From contig CAIOAT010000047.1 of NCBI GenBank assembly GCA_903856085.1, forward strand, positions 84,634 through 148,633: a DNA stretch of 64,000 nucleotides. The letters run 5' to 3'. Positions 57,301 through 64,000 of this stretch are shown here, piece by piece; position 1 is the first letter of the stretch; every line of letters begins with the position of its first letter. This DNA is from Candidatus Omnitrophota bacterium. Lineage in GTDB: Bacteria; Omnitrophota; Omnitrophia; Omnitrophales; Aquincolibacteriaceae. The notes beneath the pieces were generated by a model that was not told the DNA's origin, searched no databases, and was given only the letters and a program-made list of their open reading frames with translations. Made by a program: the position numbers and the translations under genes.

Positions 57301-60300
57301 TGGTCGTAGTCTTCGCTTTTGTCAAAAGAGCCTTGGCTACGTCATCGAGTTTGTCGGTGATTGTCGTACTGGCGCCGGCGGCCTGATAATCCGAATCCCG
57401 CATCCTAACTTTCAGAATGGCATTCACAGCATCTACCCATTCGGTCTTGGCAACGGTTGTCGGAGGCACGGCATTAAGTTTCGCCCTGATCGCCGCAAGT
57501 CCGATCGCAGTACCGTCCGCTCCTTTATCCCATCCTTCGGCCAAACCATTCCCCTTCAGGGAGTTGGAATTCAAATTCCCCTTCAGGTCACTCGTGGTTA
57601 ACCTCAGGGAACCCATTTCGATATTAAAAATCTGGGAATCCTCGCCGTCGATCTTCCCATCGCCATTCAGGTCGGCACGAGCATCCACAATCGCGCTTCT
57701 CAGGAATATGCCGCGCACTTCAAGCTGAGAACCGTAGGAACTCGGATAACCGGAGAACGGCTGCGTCCCGTTGCTTGTGAGCGGCTTGCCATCGCCGTAG
57801 AAGTCCGACACGGCAAAACGGATCACGTGGTGGCCTCCGGTCAGATGGAGAGTCGTGCTCACTTCATTGAAGTTCTGTCTCAGGGCTGAAAGGTTCATCA
57901 CGGTGCGCGGCTGAGCCTCGCCGTCCACGAACACGCTGATCTCAATCGTGGAATCATACCCATCGGGGAACTTCAACGCATTTTTCGCATTGAATCCGAC
58001 CACATAATCCCCAGCATTCTCCACATCAAAACCGTAGCTGAATTTCTTGTCCTTCCGCTGAACGATGAGACTTTCCCCGTCCATCACAAATGCCGGTGAC
58101 GAAGTGTCGCTCGCCGCATAGATGTCGTTGGGGTTGACAGTCGACTTGTAATAATCGCCGGTCAAAAGAAGACCGGTCGACGGCACACGGCTGAACGCGC
58201 TGCCATCTTTAAGCGCCAGCGCCATAACCGCCTGATCGTCGGCGTTCACTTTTCCGTCCAAGTTGAAATCGCCGATCTTCTGTTCCTTCAGGGTCAGCGC
58301 TCCGCTGCTGTTTTTCCCAACCACGTAATGGCGACCGTGGAGCGTCAACTCACCGATCCCGTGGGAAATGAGCCCGGTATCTTCATAGGCATAGATCTCA
58401 CCGCTGGCAGTCTCCTTAAGGTAAACCGCGACCGGGGTAGTGTCCTTGAGAATCATAACTTTTTGGAGGTCGGACGTGCTGACCAGACGGTTCATGAGCA
58501 CCTCGACGTCCCTCGAATCGATCACGCCTTCTCCGTCGGAGCTGATATCAAGCGATGGGTCGTAATGCGCATCGCGGAAAAAGACGTTACTCACCGAGAT
58601 CCCGGTCCCAACGATAGGATTTTTCCAAACGAATTTGATGTCCCGTTTCGGCAAGTATGGCAAGCTCACCTTGAGGCTACCCTCAGTGGATAAGCCGCTG
58701 GCAGGAACATAGAATTGTCCGTAGGAAACGCCGCCGATCTGGACCTCGATGAGATATTGATAATCCGCCGGCATTGCCGCTAATTCAGTCGACGTCATAT
58801 CGGCCTTCGCCTGGAGGCCTATTTCATAAAGTCCCGAAACGGTCGCAGGGATTGGAACGTTGTCATAGGTAAGAGAGCTTTCACTGCACGGAGCCACATA
58901 GCAATGAGCGCGAACATCTTTGTAACCATTCGCAAAGCCGCTGCGATCGGACGTCCCCGCAAGAGACAGATCGCCGATCTTGCCCGATCCGACCGCCGAT
59001 TCCAAACGGGCGAGGTCCGCATCGTTAATGACACCGTCGTTATTTAGGTCATAGGGCAGATGTTCGACAAGCGTCACGCGCCCAGCGGCCGCCTTCACGA
59101 CCTCAAAATCCTTCCCTTCAACAGAGATTAACCCGTTAAGTTTCTGCGTGAAGACCTGGTCTCCTGCCCTGAGCTCCAAGCCACTTGCTGGGTACGCACG
59201 CAAGAAAACATTATCCAGTTTAAAGTTCTCCGGATAAGAATCGTTGTAAAGTCTGAGGGAATGAACGCCTTTTGTTAAATAGAACGGGACCGTCTTCCCC
59301 GCCGCATCACCCTGATTGATTGTGAACGAGCTGATCAATTTCGGATCATTGATAACCTCATTAGAATCTTTACCCTGGTAGGCTTCCATCACGAACGAGG
59401 CGCTCGAAACACCCGTCGCACCAAACTCATAAAAGCCGTCCGCAGGAACATCGATAGAGTAGCTAACGTCTATCCTGGAACCCTTGAAGACAAGACTCGA
59501 GTCTTCAGTCACAGGCACTGGATATACTTGCCAAGGCATCCCCGCGGATGGGGACAGATCTAACTCCTGAGTTCCCTGCTGACTGACCACGTAGGTCTTG
59601 TCGCCGATCTGGACAATCGTCTGGACCATGCTCTCCGAGGTTACCGGCATCTTGACCACCGACAAATGTCCGGACTCGTCGGCTTTGACTTGATACTTGA
59701 CCCCACCGAGCTCAAACGTATGATCCGCGCCCGCGACGATGCGGTCTTTTTCGAGCCGAACCGCCCCGGTCCGGGCATCTTTATAGACAGCGTACTCGAT
59801 TCCTCCCAAGACCACCGTGGAGCGAAGAAGCTCCCTACTGACCGCGCCCTGCCCGGCCACAAGTTGGCTCGTGACCCGCGGAACGTTGACCTCGCGCAAG
59901 AAAACCTGATCCAATCCAAAAGACGGCGTTTCAACCATCGGATCTTTAGGCGTCGCGGAAACCCTGATCGAATGAGACCCTTTTTCCAAGGAAAAGGAAC
60001 TCATCGTTTTCACTTCTTGATCCCCTGGATTGTAGTCGAACGACCCCACATCGATGCCGTCAATCGAGATAGAGACGCGATACGCGTCGCTCGGCTGGGC
60101 CTTGAGCCCAAATTCGTATGAACCGGCGTAGCTGACAGAAAAAGAATAATTTTCTCCATCGGATGCAGGCTGAGCAAATTCCTGGCGTTCCTGATCCGAG
60201 AACGCATAAGTCCCGTCCGCCTTCTGGGTCACTTCAAATGTCTTGTCTCCGATCTTGAGCAATCCGCCGGTCACATAAAGCACTTGGCCGCCGTCAAGCT

Positions 60301-63300
60301 TCATGACCTCATAACTGCCGTCTTCGAGCGTTGAAACGGAATATTTCGAGCCGTCGATCTGAACGATCGTGGAAGACAGGTTCTGGCTCTCGGCATGGCT
60401 TTGGCCCAGGGTCATGTGGCCAGTCGCGTCTTTCCCTAGGATCAGCTGGAGACCTCCGAAGTCCGAAAGCACAACTTTTTGATCCGAGACACGGCTTGTC
60501 GCCACCGCGCTGGTGGTGAATTCCTGCAGATCAAAACCGCCACCCTGCTTTTCGGAAACGCTGTATTCATGCCCTGCGACTTTCAGAGTATTGGCCGCGA
60601 CCGGCATGCTGATAAACTTTTCATAGATAGCAAGATCTGCCGCATCCACGCGCTTATCGTGATTGAGGTCCAGTTTTGGATCAGCTCCCTTGAGAGAGAG
60701 ACCCTTGATCCTGACATCAGCAACCTGCTCGCCCTGCGAGACATTAAAATTGTTTACCCACTTGACCAAAAAGCTTTCGGCCCCGGTATTCAGGACTCCG
60801 GGAATATTCGCCAGAACCGTCTGATACCCGCCATTCTTCCACGGCACAACGATCGTCGTATCAACTCCGTCCCCCGTCACACTAAAAACGAGATCTTCCT
60901 TCGGGAACCCGTTGTCCCAACCAAGCGGGTAATCGACGCTGATATCAAAACCCAGAGAATATTGGCCGGGATCCAGGACGTTGAAAGTAGGTGCAAAAGT
61001 GACGCCGCTGTTCGTAAAGTGGGATATATCCCCTGCCTGAGCTATCGTCGTAGAGGCATCTCCATTCCAATACTCATCCCAGAGCATCAATCCAACAGCT
61101 CTTTCCGAATCACTGGTAATGCCGTCTCCGTTCAGATCGTAACCGCTATAATAATCAGGCGTTAATAAGCTAGCCGCAGTCAATGCCGAAGATCTCAAGG
61201 CCTGATCAAAATAATCCCGGTCCAACGAGTCGACGACGCCGTCACCGTTCAGGTCCAGGGAGAAATCCTTGAGATTGGCGTCGATGTCCACATAGACATC
61301 ATTAAGTCCGGAGAATTTTCCGTCCTGAGTCAGGACCTTATACTTCGTGCCGCCCAAAATGACAGAGTTTGTCGCAGGATCGCTCGGAACAGGCGCCGAA
61401 GCATCACCTTGCTTCGAAAAGCTGAAGCCCCCGCCCGGGGTCTTCGAGACAAAATAGGTCTGGCCATCGACCGTGAGATAAGTCGTATCCTGTTCGCTGG
61501 CATAGGCTGTCTTTAAATCCTTCTCATAGGCAATCACATCAGCTTGGGTGATCACTTTGTTGGCATCGCGGTCAAAAGCACCGTTCCAATTTGCGCTTTG
61601 AATAGTGACGTTTTTCATGGCGAAACTGGCGTTATAGACCTTATTGACCCATTCGATCCGGACCGTGTGCTGGCCGGCGGACATCGGCATGACGATCGAA
61701 GCCGAATTCCAAGAGGTAGAACTGGCGGGCACCGTAATCACACCTGAGGCATTCTGCATATCATCGATAAAAACAGCAAATTCGTAGTGATCAAAACCGG
61801 CCGGCAGCGTCCGGAAACTTCCATAATAAACACTGCTGGCATCAAAGTTTAATTGGTACTGTCCACCCTGAGGAGCATTGAATCCGAAGTCTGAATAATA
61901 CTCGGAGGTATAGTCGTTCGAATAAACCTGGCTATCCCTTGCCCCGCTATTTTCGAACATATTTGATTGGGCTTCGAATTGCGGGGTGAATTGTCCGGCG
62001 CCGACGCTGGCCGCGAGATCCGTCAGATCCTTCTGATTGATCTTGCCGTCGCCGTTCAGGTCGAGACCGGCCGGAGCACCGACGCGGGAAATATTCATCA
62101 CTTCCTTGCCATCCACCGTCGCAGGGATAAGCTCATAGGTGAATCCGCCGATGTCGTATTGCATGGTACCTGCGTTGGGCGAATATTCCGTCCCGTCTTT
62201 TAGCAGCTTGTAAGTACCGCCTTCCGCGGGCACGATAACGAAATCAGAACCGTTGATCTCCACGACCCGTGCGCCGCCAACCGTGATCTGGTGCGGCTTT
62301 TCTTGGGAGATCTCAAGCGACCCGGTCGCGGGATCGCGGAAAACGTAATAGTCCACGCCGGCGATCTTGAACTTACCAGTGCTATCCACCGCCACCGAAC
62401 CATAGCTGCTTCCGAGCGAGTAAGTGCCGTCGCCATTGTCCTGCACAAGATAATTATGAGAAACACCGTTGACCGTCACTTGATAGACATTGTCATTCAC
62501 CCGTGTGAGCGCCACTGGGGCTTCATTCAACTGCAGAGTCCCGTTCTTGAAATCAACTCCATACGGGATCCCCGCGATCACGGTCTGCGCGGCTGAGGGC
62601 TTGATATCATAAACATTTCCGCCGCCGTCCATCAACTGGATCATGGATTCATCCACACCCGCTGTCGCCGGATTGTCCGGCAATACCTGATAGAAATAGA
62701 CCTGGCCGTTCAACTCAAACGACTTCTCCTCAATAACTGAGCTATCATTGAGCTGTTCCGTAATCGTGACCCAACCGGTGCCGCTCTCGATCGGATCGAT
62801 GATATACACGTGCCCGTCAAGGAACACCTTTTTGGCAAAGCCGTCGGTCGTCACCGATTTGTCGCCGCTGGTAAACGTGACCCGGCGCGCGTCATCAACT
62901 TTGACCACATATTCTTTGCCGTTCACCTGGATGATCTGGCTTTCGGCCAAGGTGCTTTTGCTTGCGAGTTCCTTCAGCTTGTAAATCTTTGCGGAAGGAA
63001 TATTCGCAAGAAGATACCGTTTATCCTGGACCATCACATATTCGTGTCCGTCCGAGGCATCCTTGTAGGATTCGTACTGACCGGAAGGATCGACCACAAG
63101 ATAATGATCCCCGGATTTCCGTATGGAAAATTCGTGGCCGTCTACGGTGATCTTCTGGAACGGGCTTCCGAATGACGGCGATCCGGCGACGGCTTCCCCG
63201 GCGGCCAATGCTCCGACAGCGTAGCGCGTATTACCAATGACGACTTGGTCATTGAAATACACATATTCATTAAGAGTGTCGTCATACGCGGAACTCCGCT

Positions 63301-64000
63301 CAGCCGGCGGCAGAGCACTGCTTTGATAAGTGTTTACCCCATCGGTCAGAATATAGCGGGTAATACTGTTCTCAACGACCTGGCGGATCTGGTAAGTCGC
63401 GTCCCCGATACGGATCGAGTTCGAACCCCAATCCGCGGGATCGCTTTCTTTGGGTGTTTCGTTCGCCCCGATGACCTCGGAATCAAAAATCGCTTGATCT
63501 TTTTCGTCGACCGTATAATCCCCGTTCAGATCGGCCGCCAGCATATTGTGCTCCGCCATGAACACATCCTTCACGGAGATGCCCGGAAGACCATAGATCT
63601 CGTCTGGGCTGTACTCCTTGGCGAATTTCCAGACGAGCTTCAGGTCATGATCGCCCGCGGCCAGATTGACCGTGAGGAAACCTTTTTCGGGCGTACCCAA
63701 CGAGTCGGGCCGGATCGCGAAATTGCCGTAGAGTTTTCCGTCGACATAGACATCAAACTGGTAATCGAGTTCAAGCAGCTGACTGGACTTGGCAGTAACG
63801 TCAGCCTTTTCGCCGAACATCGCCTTCGACATATCCGCAAAAGTTTCCGCCGAGACTCCGACGTCGTAGAGACCGCCCTTGGCAAGATTCATGGTGTAAT
63901 TCAACTGGTTGACGGTCTTGGCGTCATAGCCCGCGGGATTCGCCCGGTTATCGCCGCGGAGACTCGGCACCGTGAACACGGAATCGCCCTGAGCGTAAAA
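2..64000 (-). CDS. Giant multidomain protein, partial at both ends (>21,333 aa): adhesin repeats, helical stalk, YD-like repeats, TM hairpin, SecA-like ATPase and further enzyme-like domains
   Basis: Every listed minus ORF has its upper coordinate mod 3 = 0 or 2; none has 1, the frame starting at 64000. An in-frame stop would have produced a listed ORF. Hand translation in this frame gives protein-like, stop-free sequence at both ends (FYAQGDSVFTVPSLRG... at 64000; ...EYGVLKSVDDIFTFTEDTLH at 2) and in most of 1-10.7 kb plus spot checks at 17, 19-20, 24, 27, 32, 40, 47, 53-55, 61 and 63 kb. Not every codon was checked. Confidence 0.93.
1490..1880 (-). other. Domain: CPBP/Abi (Rce1-like) intramembrane glutamic protease-like module, divergent
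   Basis: Three motifs in family order on hydrophobic helices: IMPVLETSVIIG (E at 1844-1846; cf. PxxEExxFRG), LSAAVFALFH (FxxxH, 1739-1753), IAVHVKNN (HxxxN, 1514-1528). The second Glu and the Arg of motif 1 are missing. Confidence 0.55.
2027..2338 (-). other. Domain: ParB/sulfiredoxin-like NTPase/nuclease fold
   Basis: PEEILIDSLRTPRGEIG ... NPIEILHLPDGSIAIDNGHHRAFLFDQAGLKTIPAIE matches the ParB/Srx pattern PIxV..dG...idGhhR......G...IPa; GHHR at 2075-2086. Confidence 0.8.
3220..5990 (-). other. Domain: near full-length SecA-like translocase ATPase (NBD1, PPXD, NBD2, scaffold, wing, degenerate two-helix finger) fused inside the giant ORF
   Basis: Collinear SecA motifs: HREQLMASAVMAEGGKIAELLTGEGKT (Walker A 5444-5461), VIDEADSILITLAKTPLIIS (DEAD 5138-5149), LHQAIEAKEG (4631-4660), GMTGTA (4535-4552), ITIATNIAGRGTDIKL (~4040-4087), DMQNRGRAGRQGD (~3935-3973), AFVRAQNNIE (scaffold), LDAEGLRNAIQEKFGL (wing). 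Confidence 0.93.
7260..9110 (-). repeat. Tandem ~30-34 aa alpha/beta solenoid (LRR-like) protein repeat, consensus LxxLG[IVLA]D[LFV][ST]G[LI]x[VIL]xGx[LIF]D
   Basis: Units read: LKELGADLSGLEF, LGDVGVDTTHLRIEGTLD, VKGVDLSGIRVNGDL, LGELGLDLTGLRVSLD, RALGGDLSGIKFAGMID, VGGADFSGIEMTGTFD, LARLGIDVSGLKLDRID. Confidence 0.75.
10379..10552 (-). other. Hydrophobic membrane hairpin (2-3 predicted TM helices); amphipathic helices continue to ~9400
   Basis: VIATGVAIIVGAIAVVLAVVKISAAVAAGTFLVAGGWIGVAIVAGVLLTGGLIALAYG: 58 aa with a single charged residue. Confidence 0.85.
11100..11650 (-). repeat. YD/RHS-like beta-meander repeats, C-terminal block
   Basis: KTLYDDGLKS, EKFYDASGAWTQV, SQYTSEGGLIDS, TMNYDHFGIVS, DILGRDGVLLRR. 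Confidence 0.5.
11700..17800 (-). other. ~2,000 aa mostly helical, Tyr/Asp-rich region of unknown family between the two YD-like blocks; contains a glycine-zipper segment (17189-17290)
   Basis: Translation shows amphipathic helices and no motif I recognise; TAGYLATLLGMASLLSGGSTGTVAGAVAGGIAAV at 17189-17290. Confidence 0.5.
17850..20500 (-). repeat. YD/RHS-like beta-meander repeats alternating with a YxGxxGxE motif
   Basis: IYHYDSYGAITEV, YYRDANDRLVQ, NFYDPQTGALRK, YMRDTSGNIMK; and YFGEKDAEK, YEGSSGKEV, YAGDQGKEK, YTGSKGFEL, YSGPRGQER. Confidence 0.65.
27000..27780 (-). other. Cys-pair-rich globular insert in the stalk
   Basis: DCPSAGTATACY, VCGNPSTCGNGVIDGNE, GCSVSGVSLAACP within ~170 aa. 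Confidence 0.6.
33250..34540 (-). repeat. Dockerin/EF-hand-like Ca2+ loops inside the stalk (about 5)
   Basis: IDVNLDGKVDMLDK, ADINKDGKVDGADY, RDVNGDGFVNEADV, LDKNGDGKINEKDL, plus degenerate FDKLVNGKDV. Confidence 0.85.
43195..47030 (-). repeat. Cluster of ~17 dockerin/EF-hand-like loops (DxNxDGxVDxxD)
   Basis: e.g. ADVNGDNEVNGQDV, RDLNGDGVFDSLDL, ADVNKDGKVDDTDK, YDLNNDGVVNEADV, LDFNGDGQVNNDDF, RDVNGDGKIDNADV, IDVNGDGKVDQKDV, ADVNKDGKIDAQDA, FDITGDGMVNLTDL. Confidence 0.9.
47354..47878 (-). other. Domain: concanavalin A-like lectin / DUF1080-like beta-sandwich
   Basis: NFDSNVMPPDWVIKSGLWVVSNNVL ... QDANNYYQLSI ... KVRIEYDSGKINVWVNGKKVASVTDTALTSGRIALLATETTAKFDNLKV. Confidence 0.8.
49655..50690 (-). 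repeat. Cluster of ~10 dockerin/EF-hand-like loops
   Basis: ADVNKDGTFDDADR, QDVNGDGLVDQLDV, ADVNHDGKVDYNDA, YDLNGDGKFDDGDL, ADINGDGKVDQNDV, ADVNGDKKITADDV, IDVNGDGLITEMDY, KDLNGDGVVNDADV. Confidence 0.9.
53680..55500 (-). repeat. AT-richer, aromatic-rich variant repeat block (~80-95 aa units ending YNFSVxxxxGKPxxFxFV)
   Basis: YNFSVTSSAGKPTGFTFV (53.7 kb), YNFSVSTSEGKPTAFKFV (53.95 kb), YKLSVTTNVVSGKPSGFNLV (54.2 kb), FDFNVSSLSPLKFKFV (54.45 kb), CDFSVLVQDDVPFKFKFV (55.3 kb); many A/T-ending codons. Confidence 0.7.
57630..64000 (-). repeat. Six CBM6/CBM35-like (galactose-binding-like) beta-sandwich modules interleaved with ~10 dockerin-like loops
   Basis: Modules near 57700-58150, 58600-58950, 59200-59560, 60690-61050, 61600-61990, 63560-64000 with Y/F-x-V-x(3)-G-x-Y ... 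L-x-x-G-x-H-x-[LIV]: YTMNLAKGGLYDV..VNLAAGDHDLKLVW, FNAPQGGQYQL..MSAGQHTVRIEW, IDVPADGFYEF..LTKGVHSLRL, FDVENAGDYVV..LTGGHHVIRF. Loops include ADLNGDYTVDEKD, LDLNGDGKINQKD, ADLNGDGKIDGED. Confidence 0.75.

Larger units (their letters stand above)
47880..63400 (-). repeat. Array of degenerate ~65-75 aa beta-hairpin repeats (IxIxGxxYxVxxxxDGxYxF ... IxIxGxxYxIxxDxxTGxL), interrupted by CBM-like and dockerin modules
   Basis: e.g. VTVNGVSHNYLVQDNGDGTYSL..FKIAGVDYYVFRDPATGSLEI (62.3-62.5 kb), ILVSGRLYTVTDLGDGTYRF (57.1-57.2 kb), MIIGGTEYLTRKNDNGTYTFY (49.5 kb). Tens of copies; exact count not determined. Confidence 0.8.

Noticed and set aside
336-63175. Many + strand ORFs up to 495 aa (e.g. 35309..36796, 52931..54049, 6357..7433)
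   Set aside because: They are antisense shadows of the giant gene with R/H/S-biased composition and no recognisable motifs; biased codon usage on the coding strand depletes antisense stops.
1930-63885. Short - strand ORFs in the two other frames
   Set aside because: Out-of-frame overlaps with the giant ORF, with Arg/Ser/Pro-rich non-protein-like translations.
1-64000. tRNA/rRNA, IS elements, promoters, terminators
   Set aside because: No intergenic space and no such signatures noticed; the window appears fully coding.

Overview
The whole 64 kb window appears to be the interior of one giant minus-strand gene. The frame reading 64000->2 (21,333 codons) had no stop in any stretch I translated by hand. 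It is also the only minus frame with no entry in the ORF track, as expected for an ORF running off both ends. The listed short ORFs look like shadows of it. Architecture N->C (right to left): (1) ~64-44 kb adhesin-like region with six CBM6/35-like beta-sandwiches, a ConA/DUF1080-like domain, many beta-hairpin repeats and most of ~40 dockerin/EF-hand Ca2+ loops; (2) ~44-20.5 kb Ala/Gln/Thr-rich helical stalk with Cys-pair inserts; (3) YD/RHS-like repeats split by a ~2,000 aa helical insert with a glycine zipper; (4) a strongly hydrophobic hairpin at ~10.4-10.55 kb where composition and codon usage switch; (5) a cytoplasmic-looking region with a ~32-aa solenoid repeat, an almost complete SecA-like translocase ATPase, a ParB/Srx-like domain, a CPBP/Abi-like intramembrane protease module, and the start of a second SF2/SecA-like ATPase at the left edge. 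It resembles the giant proteins reported from Omnitrophota-type predatory or host-dependent bacteria (taxonomy is my inference). The best candidate for a new system is a giant adhesin/effector polyprotein carrying its own SecA-like motor(s) in cis. All domain calls are by-eye motif matches; no searches were run.
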